A stretch of 62,011 nt of DNA, the filler included, from Kipferlia bialata (lineage: Eukaryota), in NCBI GenBank assembly GCA_003568945.1. It is 6 parts of 6 records of this genome, joined end to end, with 100 filler letters (N's around TTAATTAATTAA, not from the genome) between each part and the next. Parts side by side here need not be neighbours in the genome. Positions count along the whole stretch, not along the records: positions 11,189 to 22,268 come from BDIP01001297.1; positions 22,369 to 33,446 come from BDIP01001298.1; 4 more parts are not named here. One strand, given 5' to 3'. A model generated the notes under the pieces. That model did no database searches and had not been told where the DNA came from. It saw only the letters and a list, made by a program, of their open reading frames with translations. The position numbers and the translations under genes were made by a program. Shown here piece after piece: positions 13,493-26,322 of this stretch (within the stretch, counting starts at the first letter, position 1; the number at the start of each line of letters is the position of its first letter).

Positions 13493-16400
13493 ATGTCGGA
13501 GAGTCTCACATACCGTCTCGTCCTGGTGAGTGCCAATACTATGTCAACCCAGCAGTATCTTTCACTGTGTGACTGGGTTTTCACCTTCAGACACCTGCCC
13601 GTGTCCTTGCTCTGTACGTGGCCTGGTCTTTCCTTTGCCTCCCCGTATACCTCGCAACTAACTCGGTCCTTGACGACTGTATCATGCTCTTAGTAAGCCA
13701 TGCCCCTCAATATGTGGTCATACAGTCAACACTTACTTCTGGTCTCCGGGGTAGTACTGGTCTCCCCACATCCCTGATAGGAAGAATGGTGGTGGCCTCG
13801 TGGTGCCTCAAGGTCCTGTCGGTGCTGTCTGATATATACAGCTCAGGTCACAGAGGCATACCAATGACATCAGTGGCAGTGGTAGGTGTTGTGCCTGTGG
13901 AAACACTGCTTCTAGTCCACCGTATGTTACCAAGGAGGACAAGCCTGGAACCAGGAACCACCATTTACACAATGTTCCGATCACAAGACCAGCTATTCTT
14001 CACATTGAACACCCTAACGAGTGTGATATCTTCAGTGGCTGTCGCTGGATCCCTCCTGCTACATGTACAGAGCAGTGTGGCCAGACTGGCTCCCAAGGGG
14101 GCAGTGGTGGTGGGGGTGCTGGTTCCAAGTTTGACTCCGCTTACCCTTCCCATATTGTCCTATGGATCGTTGTCCCATATATACCAACGCCTTGTCATCT
14201 TCTTCGACTCCACTGGAGGGGACATCGCAGATGATATCACTTCTTCTCTGTGGCTGCAGAGCTATCGATACATACTTGCACGAAGGCAGCTCCCATATGA
14301 CTCTGAGGTATGTAGCACCTTGTAAGACTGTAAGTATACGGCTATCTTAGAATGCCCATGTCTGAAGCCAGGCACGTAGAGAGGTGGTCCATGACATTCA
14401 TAAGACAGTGAGAGAGGGACTCGTATGTGACCCTTCTGAGATACCCTCGTCTCTCTCCAACCTCGTGACGTACACACCGGACCACCACCAGCAGGAGAGG
14501 CACTTGACCAATTTCACTGTACATTTGCTGCTGACGAACAAGACGTATCCTGTCGGAAATAGGCCCAGTGTTGGACCATTCGTCGTAAGCATAGTACGAT
14601 ATGCTTGGTTTGCTGTCCTGACATACCTAGCGTCGCACTACAATGGACGATGGTCTGGGTTCTTACTCGACAACGCCACCTGGGGTATGACTGACACCCT
14701 CAAGGGCACGGTGTCCTATCCGTGGCACCAGCAGGCAGCGGTGCTCCCAGGACAGGTGGTCACTAGCGCCGATGACCTCATTCAAGTACTTCAGGTGGTG
14801 TTGTGACATGCTATATTGTGGTAGTGCTAACGAATATTGAGGCTTTCCAGTGTGTTAGTATTAACCTTAGGCCCTCGCGAGGGATCCGGCCTTCAGTTCC
14901 CTTCAACACAGACTGAGGACACTGACGTCCTCTGTGATATCTCACACCCTGTATACAGAGCAGGAGAGTGGGGCCAGTGTCCAGATGACTGAGTGGCTAG
15001 CCGGACACTCTCTGGTGACAGCAGTGGAGGGAGGGCACCAAGAGGCCATCTCGCCACAGGGTCGGGACTGCTCGGAGATGACCCAAACAGAGCTCGAGGC
15101 ATCTGCAGATACATCACTCCAGACCGCAGGTGGTGGTGTGTCACACAGCTTTAGCAGCCACAGCAGTACTGACCTATCTGAGGTGTCCCCATCTGCCCGT
15201 CTGATAGTGCCAGACCATGTGCAAGAGACATCAAGTTCAACATTCACACATACAAACAATGTGAGGCCCTTGCGGCTATCGTGGATGCTTGTGATACCTA
15301 TAGGTACTGATATCATTTGGCAGAACCGATATGATCATCTCATGAGTCACATTCTCATTGAGAGTTCTTCACACTCTGACACCAGACCCTAAGCGACTGA
15401 CTGAGATCAAGTGCAGAGTGTATCTGCTTCAGAGCTGGTTGAACATATACGGCGCCGGCAATGACCTACAGGTGACGCAGGAGAACTCGGCATTCCCAGG
15501 CCGCATTCATCCTGACGACGTCCCTAAGGTATGGCAGGGGCAACTTAGAGTGTCAGTAACGATACTATACGATACAGTCTTGACAGGTGTTGATGGGTGA
15601 CTATAAGCGTCCTTTTCTCTTACGGTAGGTCTATGCTGCCATAAAGAGTGTGAGGTCAGCGTCCCCAGTCTATAAGGTAGGATAATGAGTGGTCATGAAC
15701 ATCCGCTAAAGACTCTGTTCAGAGCATTCAATGTAATAGCGTTTCATCGTCGATGACGGATACTAGTCGGTGTATGACATCCTTTCCTGCGTCGCATGAC
15801 TATAGGTGGAGTGTCGGCACCGCTGCCCAAGGACATCAGATCGGTATCACCTCATGCGGTCTGTTGGGTATGGTTATAGAGTATGCAGTGCACTCAGCTA
15901 TCGAGATCTCACCATATGACGTTACTTACCTACCAGTTCATATTGTGGACCAACCTCGGACGGAGACGGATATATCGTATGCGGCTATGAGGAGCGTATT
16001 CCACGTCTATCCGTCACCTCAGATGGACGCCGGTGTGGGGACATAGCCCCTATATATACGGTGGAGTGTCAAAGGGATGGGGAGTCCGACGTCTCCGTTC
16101 CCAGCTCTGCAGACATCTATACCGGCTGTCTTTCGAGCCCTAATGGCCGGCATGCTATGAGTCACAAGAGACAGTGTGTGACTAGGGAGTGTATGACCAT
16201 ACATGACATTGTAGACAAGTCAGGTGCAGTGAGGGTAGTGCCTGTCACACTGCCAGAGATCAGACACAGTGTACCACTGACAGTCACCTGTGAGCAATGT
16301 GTGGACTCTCTCCTCGTGGCATACCACTGTCTCCATGGTATGTTCTATCAGTACTATGTGTGGAATTTGACAGTAATTGTACGCCTAGGGACACCTGGTG

Positions 16401-18429
16401 GAAATCCGAAGCGCATATGGACTAACCGACAGCCAATAGAGAGGCCCAAGCGCTACTACAACAGGCAGTTGCAGACCCACGCTTTGATGCACACACATTC
16501 CAAGCCAAGTTTGGCGAGTTTGCTTTCGGGTACTGTTTTGTCACCGATGGTGTCCATTTCCAAGACTTCAATTTCCAAACATCACCCTGATATAGTTCTC
16601 TCAAAGAGAGCTCTGACCACCAGGTGGCTATATGTGCACGCAAGAACATACCAGACAGCCACTGCAAACGTGCATATACAGCTGCGCAGCCTAATGAAGA
16701 CACTATTTACCATATATAGGTACGCAACAAGGACTTAGTGGGGTAAATGATAGTAGATGCAATCATATACATCACAAGTCTTGTGTAACCGACAGCGAGT
16801 GCTTCATAAATCAATTGTAGGAGGAGATAGTATCTAGACTAAGAGTGACACTCAGGTTCCACCGAAGTGTCCCCTTTCACAACACAGTACACACACTCGA
16901 CTCGCTGCAGGTAAGAGAATCATGAGCATAGTGACCCAAAGTAGCATGTGACAGCTACGATCGCCAATATCTTCAATCAGAGGATTACTCTCCACATATA
17001 AATACGCTCTTTAGGAGTGCGCTTCCTCCCAGGCCGGCATCCTCCTCTCCGACTGTATCTATCGATGTGGTGCTGACCAGCTTCTGATGCCACCCAGACT
17101 GCAACTCATTATCATGACAGCCATTGTCTGTGGCAATATGGACCATTCAGGTATCGGTGCATGTTATCATAGTAACCACCACAAGAGCTATGATTTCGGT
17201 GGGAACTCTCCACCTAAGTACCATGCTCCCACATGTTACTCCTACACAGGGTTAAGCCGGGACTATCTTACAGGATCAGACAACTGCATATCTACCCTGC
17301 ATGGGAGGTACGACCAGGCAGCAAGGCAGGTGGGAGAGCAGACGTCTACCACTACCACTATAACAATGCAACACTGTAACAAGGTCCAATATGTCATGTG
17401 GCAGTACATATAGGCCTGATCCATGTGTATAACAGTAGCGTTGCGTCCTATCTCACGGTAGGCGGGGCTGCTCTTCGAGGCTGTGGTGTTGGGGTGCGGG
17501 GTTAGATGGGAGCGGCAGGGTCGACGTTGGGCTCGACAACTGATAGCGGTAACTCAGGGCTCTCAGATATGGGACACTCTCCACCAGATACAGACAATGA
17601 GCACAGTGGGTCCCCTCTACGGCACCCACCGCACAGAGGTGCAGATGCCCAGTGCCGTGTCCGACACAGGGGGAGAGCTAGGTAAGGACACCACCAATGC
17701 ACCATGATAGTGTGTCCTAGTCCCTGACCCAGGCCGTGTCCAAGGAGTGCTAGCCAGGTCGATAGTCCTTCTGGCTTCCACGGCCAATATGGCCCGGGCC
17801 TGGCATACTGCAGAGATATTCGGTCGAAACTACATGAGGGAAGAGTTTGGATCTGGTATTCTGGAGGTGGGCATCCTCAGAAGAGCTAATGTCGTGATAC
17901 CACTTCGTATATCATAGTCACTCAGTACCATGAGTCAAAATACTCTGACTGAATATAGGACATGTGTCGTGGTAGTATCTCTTTGTAATTGATGAGTAAC
18001 AACAGGGAGAAGCTGGTCTTATAGTGCCAAACAAGAGATGTCTTGATGCCGGAAAACCTGAGGTCACAGCAAGTGTTTGTCAGGTGGCTAATACCAGCTA
18101 ACACACTGAAATGCTACTGATCTCATAACCTCATCACCGGGTAGACAAGTCTCTGGCCCAATACTCCACCAATGATACCGGTAACCCCAGCGCACCTACC
18201 TGCAGCGTCTGGTGATGCCCCTTCTCAAGGCATACTCCCACAAGACAAGAAGACTTGGACTCACGGTACGTGGAGCAACTTCCAATATCCCGAGGGTATG
18301 AGCAGATCTACATGGGTATAAGACTAAGATTAATCTCAGGACACATCAGCTGTGGCTAGGACACTGTTACACCAAGCAGCAGACAATGCAGAATCATGGA
18401 AGGCAATTGAAGAAGCATCAAACGAGTAG
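13493..18429 (+). CDS. large membrane-anchored class I cyclic-nucleotide phosphodiesterase-like protein with a degenerate metal-binding site
   Basis: Hydrophobic N-terminal exons at 13.6-14.7 kb. C-terminal exons read FHRSVPFHNTVHTLDSLQ (~16858-16910), IIMTAIVCGNMDHS|GLSRDYL, IVLLASTANMARAWHTAEIFGRNYMREEF, YLQRLVMPLLKAY and LLHQAADNAESWKAIEEASNE*, matching the PDEase_I motif order. The 5' end and the junction near 16.7-16.8 kb are uncertain. Confidence 0.7.
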
Positions 18430-18471
18430 AGGGTTCAATTCCCTGCACAATCAATCAATGGACGGCGAGGT

Positions 18472-18791
18472 CTATTGTGTGTCCTCGAGAACCACCTTAG
18501 CGGCCCTAGCAACTGCGTCGCCGGCCCCTGCCTTACCGGCCTCCCCTGCCTCCCAGAGAGACACGAGGAGGAGGAGGGCCTACAGTTAGGGACCAGTTCC
18601 CAAGATAGAGACACACACATACCCATACACACTAATAGATAACGCAATGCTCACCTTGGTTGGTAGGGCTGTGACCCTGCGGAGTGCCCCCAGGAGCAGA
18701 ACGGCATCGACAGCACACAGCCGGAGCGACTGCATGTTAGGAACACTCCCATAGACACTCCCACATCACGACAGCTACCCCTGATACCTAT

Positions 18792-18828
<37 letters not shown>

Positions 18829-21800
18829 CCTGTACGACCATGAGCGCCGCGTCCTGTCGCAAGGGCAGTAACAGCTGTGCGAGGTCTGCGTCAGGCGAGG
18901 AGTAGCATAGCTTAGTGCGGGTGGATGTAACTGGTGCGATGAAGGTTGCCCCCCCCATCCCCACCCCTCCCCCCTTGGGCCCCAGGTGGATGTCGGCCAG
19001 GTACAGGTGTCTGACGGAGTGGAGCGTGGGCACCATGGCGTCTGTCCCCATATCCACACACCGTGTCAGCCGTTCCACTAGGACGGTGTCAGTGGCAAGA
19101 AGGGAGGCATAGATGCTAGACGTGTCTCGGTTGCCTATACGCCGACTCTGCTGTGAGAACCCTGTAAATCTCACAGATAGCATAGGATAGTGTGGAATGC
19201 ATCACTCATCTACATTGATAGATCTGAAATGCGCATATCCATATGCACCCCCCCACCTGGTTATCTTGGCACATGCCGTGCATACACTGGATGGCTAGGC
19301 GGGACAGGGCCAGGTGCGAGGCTAGGGGGTGGAGCGGTACTGGCAGGTGGGCCAGACCCGTGCGCGTGTGGCCGACCCAGCCCCTATTCGGTCCCACCCC
19401 TTCCCTGAGGGGCCCAGCTGAGGACAGGACGGCCTGGACCCTTTGGGAGAGGGGTAGAGGGGGGCAGGGCACGCTGAGTCGGGAGGGTGCCCCAGAGCCA
19501 TGGGGTGGATAGCCAGGGGGGTGGAAAGGCGGGACGGCAGGGGCGGTCTCCCCATCCCCATCACCCTGGCCTGGTTTGCAGTCTAGGTACGCACGCTGGG
19601 CATACAGAGAGTCTGGGGCACACTGAGAGAGGACAGAGCGTAACCCAGAAATCATATCCTGCGAGTGAGAAAATGCATCCATCCAAGTTTATACACCTAT
19701 GTACCCACATGCGGACGGGTGCCCATCTGCAACGCTTGGAGGTTACGGGTAGAGGTCAGCAGCTGGGCCAGTAGATACACTCTAGGAAGGGAGAAAGGGG
19801 GCGCCAGTAGAGACTTCAAGACCACTCCTTAGGGTGAAGGGGCTATTGGGACGGTGTAGTGGAAAGAGTGTAGGTGAAACAGGGTCAATCGGGCAAGATA
19901 ACACATACAGACCCACGTGACCCATCCCCCACTACTACTCACCTGGGTCGATAGGGAGGGAGTCGAGGTGGATGGGGGCAGGGGCCAGGGGGATGAGGGC
20001 GAGGACGGCCTCTTCACCCAGAGAGGGGGGGAGGGAGTGGGGGAGGGAGGGGGGGAAGACGGAGCACGGGGTGCGCTGCTGCAGGATGGCAGGGTGGGAT
20101 ATACCAGACGCCAGGGAGAACAGAACCCCGATTAGGGAGGTATCCTTCACTAACAGTGAGGGTGGGTCATCATCGTAATAAGAGGGGTGGGTTGAGACTG
20201 CAGTGACTACCCGCTATACATACACTACCCGCACATGGTCACCCACCTACTGCTGCCTGGGTGGCGGTGCCGAGTGCCCCAGCCACTCTGACCACTCTTA
20301 GCAGTGTGTCCCCCACCCACCGGTGCCTGTCTGCTGTGGGCACAGGGGGGACGGGGGGGACGGAGAGGGGAGGGGCGTCCGAGGCATCGGCCACCCAGGA
20401 CACGGCCTCCTTGAGGAGAGCCACGCCAAGGGAGCCCAGCCCAGCTGTACCCGTCAACCCATCCGCTGAAGGTAAGGTAAGGTAAGGTAAGGTACGGTAC
20501 GGTAAGGTAAGGTAAGGTAAGGTTAGGTTTGGTGGGTAGAAGATGTGTCCAATGAGGGAGGAGGCAGGCAATGGTACATATACGTGATATACACACGGTA
20601 TATATACACATCACGGTATACACACATATGGCACCTGGTAGATGGGGACCAACGGCTGGGACTGGCGCAATGGGAGGAATTGTGGCAAACTTGCTAGCAC
20701 CCTTTGGTCTCCGCCCTGGACCCTTTCTGCATTGAGTAGAGATGACTGATGAGATACACACCAGCCAATGGGCAACTACCACCCCGCTGCCCCTCACCTG
20801 ATGGTGACGTCCACACTGTCTGGCAGCACATCCCTCCGGAGGGTGGAGGGGTGGGCACGGGCGGCACCCCCGGCCAACCAGGCCTCGACCCTGTCTAGCG
20901 CAGAGGTCACGTCGGCCTGGGGTGGGCGAGACACTCTCTAGATACACAGGGCTAATGTAGCTATAACACACACTCCCACATATGGAATATATATATATAG
21001 ATATCATACCTGTCCCCTCAGGCTGCCACAGGCCACTGCCGTCTGACACTGGTCCATCACTGTCCTCAGCTGGGAGGGCGCAAGGACATCACGGGTCTGG
21101 CGTGAGACGAGAATGGTATACATCCAACACCCGCTGTCCGTTTCATTGATATCTGATGTACTGATATCTGTTATCTGCCATGCCCCCACCTGGGCTGCCT
21201 CCTCACTCAGTACATGGGTGGGCACGGGGGTGGCACGGTGGTCGTTGAAAGGGGCCGTGGATGCAAGTTCACGGATGGCCTAGGATAGTTAGGGGGAACA
21301 GTCATAGTAATAGTAATAGTATATACATATATATATCAATATATACCCATACGCAACAGATACACTCCACGACTGACTCTAGCACTGCTTCCAGAGTTTT
21401 CTGCCGCACCTGTGCCTCCGAGGGGTCGGAGGGGGTGTCTGAGGTCCAGTCCCTTGGGTACTTGAGCCACACCATCCTGACATACCGGATCTGGGGTGGG
21501 ACCAATGATAGTGGCTGAATAGTACACCAGCAGGACACTTAAACAGTATTGAGACTTCGCTCTGAATCTGACGCATACCCTTCCCCACACATCCATGTCA
21601 CCCACCCACCTGCTCCTGCGAGGCCCTTTGGCTGAAGAGGGCCTGCTGCTCGAAGAGAAACAGGGTCTTCTCGTAGCAGATGCGGATCAGCTGGCCTTGG
21701 GTCAGATATGCTGGATGCATACTCAGAATACACACACACAGATAGATGAATACCAGCGCCCTCTCACCTGGGCAGTGCTCGGGATGACTGTACCGCAGCT

Positions 21801-22203
21801 GTCTGGCTATCCTGGGGAAGCCACCGTCTAGCAGCACCTACGGGTTACAGAGAAGCATCAGACAATGAACCAGTAGAGCTGAGTAGGTTGGTATAGGATA
21901 GGCCTGTGAGGTGACATGAGACCCCATCTCACCTTGTTCAATCCGCCCTCACTTGATATGGCCCTGTACAGCTGGTAGAGATCCACATCCCTGATGATAA
22001 GACGGAACCCGCATATGTATATATATAATCATTATCAATATATATGTACGCAAGGATTAATACTATATGACAGCTGGCTACCACACCTAGCCCCTATTCT
22101 CGGCCAAGTGGACACGTGGACACTGTTATTCCGCCAGAACATGCAGAGATCTGCATTCCAGTTGAGGATCTGGGGGTCATTCCTGGACATGCGCATAGCG
22201 GCT
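18472..22203 (-). CDS. ARID/BRIGHT DNA-binding domain protein (possibly ARID1/ARID2 SWI/SNF-like), 5' truncated
   Basis: WPRIGAR|DVDLYQLYRAISSEGGLNK|VLLDGGFPRIARQLRYS...|GQLIRICYEKTLFLFEQ matches the ARID core (vDLyxLy..V...GG, Y.k.L..fE). A long leucine-rich helical C-terminus ends ...VVLEDTQ*. Confidence 0.8.
20471..20527. repeat. (GGTAA/GGTAC)n pentamer array at an intron 3' end of the ARID gene
   Basis: About 11 units; on the minus strand reads (CCTTA)n-CCTTCAG directly into the acceptor. Confidence 0.9.
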
Positions 22204-22228
22204 CTGGTGGTTAGGGGGAGAGGATGAA

Positions 22229-22260
<32 letters not shown>

Positions 22261-22268
22261 GAAGGAGG

Positions 22269-22368
22269 NNNNNNNNNNNNNNNNNNNNNNNNNNNNNNNN
22301 NNNNNNNNNNNNTTAATTAATTAANNNNNNNNNNNNNNNNNNNNNNNNNNNNNNNNNNNNNNNNNNNN
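22269..22368. other. artificial scaffold linker
   Basis: N44-TTAATTAATTAA-N44. Confidence 0.98.
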
Positions 22369-22512
22369 TTGTTTTCCCCCCCCTTTTGTTTTTCCCCCCC
22401 CCCCCCCCCCACCCCGTCACTCATCTTCATTCTCCACAGCCCATCACCCTGGCTCTTAAGCCATTCTCTCCTCCTGGTCTTCCCCCCCACCCCCCCTCTC
22501 TCTCACCCCTAG

Positions 22513-23041
22513 GCCATCACCCAGGTGGCAGACCAGCAGTCACTGCTTCTGGAGCAGATCAACCGGTTGGTCAAGGTGAGGATTGGTGTGTCTGCCAGAA
22601 CGAAATATATATGAGTATATAGTAGTATATTAGTGTACTATTCTGAAGCAGTTCAAGGAGGACACCCACTTATCTGCGAATTCACTCTATAAATGTGTAG
22701 CAGTATAGTATCTATTAATTTGTATTCCCTCACCCCCAGGATCTGAAGCAGTTCAAGTACACCCACTATTGTTGTTTCACTCTATTTTTGGATTGTAGTG
22801 TTATATATATTTTGTATACTATGTGGCACTCACCCCTAGGATCTGAAGCAGTTCAAGGAGGACACCAACCTGTACTCTCTCTCTATACATAAATCATAGT
22901 ATATATATATATACATTCTTGTCCTCACCCCTAGGATCTGAAGCAGTTCAAGGAGGACACCAACCTGTACTCTCTGACAGAGTACACAGACAGACTGATA
23001 CAGTGCAGAAGGAGGGCGCTTAAGGTATGCTTGTATACATG

Positions 23042-23084
<43 letters not shown>

Positions 23085-23675
23085 TACACAGACAGACTGA
23101 TACAGTGCAGAAGGAGGGCACTTAAGGTATACGTATATACATGTATATATATAGAGAGAGAGAAAGTACACAGACGGACTGATACAGTGCAGAAGGAGGG
23201 CGCTTAAGGTATGTGTATATATATATAGATAGATGGAGAGAGAGAGAGTACACAGACAGACTGATACAGTGCAGAAGTAGGGCGCTCAAGGTATATCTAT
23301 ACTCCCTCCACCCCACGTATATATGCATATTGAGGGAGGAAGAGAGAGAGAGGCAGAGACAGAGTCATAGGTGTATGAGTCTCCCCTAGTATTGGCATTT
23401 GTATGTATTCCTACCCCCCAGGTTGTGACTAGACTGGAGGCCATTGGCACCAAGGTTGTCAATCTAAAGGACAGGTACCTCTCTCTCTCTCTCCCAGTAT
23501 ATGTATATATATTCCTCTCTCTCTCTCTCTGTCAGTGAAGGTTGTCAATCTCAAGGACAGGTATCAGGGCATATGATCATCTATAATTATATAAGTATAT
23601 CTATTCATATGTATATATATCCCTCTCCCTTACCCTTAGGGCCGTGGCCCTAGATGCCAAGGAGCAGGCAGCTCC

Positions 23676-23711
<36 letters not shown>

Positions 23712-23797
23712 GTATGTATATGTATTGTGTGTCTCTCTCTCTCTCTTATCTCGCAGGGCCGTGGCCCTTGAGGCCAAGGAGCAGGCAGCACTCCCTA

Positions 23798-23854
<57 letters not shown>

Positions 23855-23913
23855 GTATCCCTTCCTAACCCTCAGGGCCGTGGCCCTTGAGGCCAAGGAG
23901 CAGGCAGCACTCC

Positions 23914-23955
<42 letters not shown>

Positions 23956-24026
23956 GTATATACATTGTGTATCTCTCTCTCTTATCTCGCAGGGCCGTTG
24001 CCCTTGAAGCCAAGGAGCAGGCAGCA

Positions 24027-24058
<32 letters not shown>

Positions 24059-24363
24059 TAATTAATTATTATATGTATATACATTGTGTATCTCTCTCTC
24101 TTATCTCGCAGGGCCGTGGCCCTTGAGGCCAAAGAGCAGGCAGCTCTCACATCGAGGGTGGGAGAGCTCACACAGCACGCGGTAAGTGGTATTCTATATA
24201 TATAGCTATATTTGATATATATGCGTTGTCTATGACTTATCTGATGGTGGTACCATGTCCTTATGAGTTGTAGTCCCTCACTCTCCAGGATGCCCAGGCC
24301 GCTGTCTCCCCCAACCGCTACGAGCCCCAGCTGGCAGAGCTTAGGTACATAATACTACTACTG

Positions 24364-24409
<46 letters not shown>

Positions 24410-24540
24410 GTAATACATGTCTGTGTCGGTATTATTTTGAGTATAGATATACATATCCATGTACTGACCCCAGGGGCATAGTCCAGACCACAGAGGAGGA
24501 GCTCAGGAGACAGAACATCCCAACAGAGGCCATGGAATAG
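22513..24540 (+). CDS. Snapin/Pallidin-family (BLOC-1/BORC subunit-like) coiled-coil protein, 5' partial
   Basis: AITQVADQQSLLLEQINRLVK|DLKQFKEDTNLYSLTEYTDRLIQCRRRALK|VVTRLEAIGTKVVNLKDR parallels Snapin (..SQ.eL.eqId.L..eL......L.pYv.kL...rrrv). Ends NIPTEAME*. Confidence 0.65.
22635..24150 (+). repeat. three arrays of exon-edge echo repeats in the Snapin-like gene
   Basis: TCTGAAGCAGTTCAAG x4; AGTACACAGAC.GACTGATACAGTGCAGAAG...AAG|GT x4; AG|GGCCGTGGCCCTTGAGGCCAAGGAGCAGGCAGC x5 (23640, 23757, 23876, 23993, real exon 24112). Confidence 0.92.
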
Positions 24541-24961
24541 AGAGTGAGGAATAGAATAGACAATTAGATATTTGTTGAGGGAGTTTGACAATTGTCACAA
24601 TTGTTGTAATATATTATCTGATGCATCCGAAACCCCACATATGACGTCTGAATGACTGGCTTAGTACATATAGGGTCTGTTTACCAGCATAGAGTGCGAA
24701 ATGGACATGGTCTTGGAGAGTCCTGCTAATGTCTCAAATTCATTTCCATTCACAGCATCTTTCTCAGATAGCCCACATCGGACGTCTTGGTAGTAATTGA
24801 CACAGATGAAGGAGTCTGAAGTATTTGACCTCCATACTTTCTCGCAACTCTTTCATCCTATACGTGTTCGACACTGGACGGCTCACTTGTTTCACGGTAC
24901 ATACCATACCACTGTGGTATAAAACCCTTTCTTGGACATCCATCGTCCTGGACAACCCCCA

Positions 24962-26291
24962 ATGGCCTCCCCCGGCGGTTCCCCTCGCTCTTCGCGGCTG
25001 AGTTCCCTTTCCTCCCCCATGTCTCTTCCCAAGTCGCCCTCATTCCGGTCCCCTATGCGCAGAGTGATGGGTTCTCCGTCTAGAAGGACAGGTATACTGT
25101 TTTGCGTCTTTCCATGCGTTTTGGATATATGACCCCGTCTCACTCCTAGGCTCCCCCTTGTGCTCCCCTAGATCCAGGGGGTCCTCGCCCCTAGCTGCCA
25201 GTGCAGAGCGCCAGCAGCTGCGGCACTCCTCGACCAATGCCAATGTGACTGAGAATGATGTGCTGGCAGCAGAGCGCCGCATCAAGGGTATGTCTCCCAG
25301 TTGTGTATCCCTAGCTTGATTGAGAATGCCTTATATTTCTATTGTTGTCTATTAAAAGGTATACTCTTCCTCGGGTGTATATAGGGTGTCTGTAAAAGCT
25401 GCTCTCTCTGTGTTTTGTATAGTGGTCTCAGGTCAGAGAGAGCAGGTCCCCTCTCTCTCTAGTATATGTCTAGTCTCTCTCACCCCTAGGCCAGAATGCT
25501 GAATTACTCTCCTTCGAGTATATGGTCTTTGTACATAGTATATAGTATGTATATCAGTATGTATTGTGTATATAGTACCCGCATTCTCTTACCACCCAGG
25601 CCAGAAGGCCGAGCTCCTGTCCCTCGAGTATATAGTATTGCCCTCTCTCCAGGATATATGTATATAAGTACACTCGTTGCTTACCATCCAGGCCAGAAGG
25701 CCGAGCTCCTGTCCCTCGAGTCCAGGCAGAGGGTGGCTGCACAGAGGGTGGCATCCCTGATGAGAGAGAGACATGGCCTCCAGGGGGAGCTATCAGCTGT
25801 TAAGGTATACATGGTGTGTATATATAGGATATATATAGTATATATATGGTGGCATCATTGATGAGGGAGATACACGGGCTACAGGGGGAGCTATCTGCTG
25901 TCAAGGTATGTATATACATATGTGTATCTCTATTCCTCTTGTTAGGATAATGTCTATCCCTTTTGACCTCTAGGCCAGGCGTCAGAGAGAGGGAGAGAGA
26001 CACCGCCTGATGCAGGCCAGAATGGGTGGTGCATCTAGCATATCCCCAAGGTATATATTTTTGTATGTATTTATATTCCAGTGTATGTGTCAGTGATACT
26101 GATACCAGGCTCTCCGGTATGCCCCTCCCCCCCACTGCCTTCCTTGTGCCTAGCAGGAATACAAGGCAGACACAGGTATCCTCCTCTGCGAAGCCTGCCC
26201 CCTCCCCCGCCATCTCTCTCTCTGAGCTGAGAGAGGTGGTGGTGCTGAAGAGAACACTGGGTGGTATCCAGAAGGTACATACCTCCCTCCA

Positions 26292-26322
<31 letters not shown>

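Noticed and set aside
16818..16820. In-frame TAG before the PDE FHN exon as a sign of TAR=Gln recoding (as in hexamitids)
   Set aside because: TAG and TAA end several well-supported genes here (MATE, YaaA, RPLP2); this TAG is more simply a splice acceptor.
12400..18400. Possible transposon or viral insert, because the region lacks microsatellites and long ORFs
   Set aside because: It is largely explained by a multi-exon PDE-like gene; no transposase, RT, TIR or LTR was seen.
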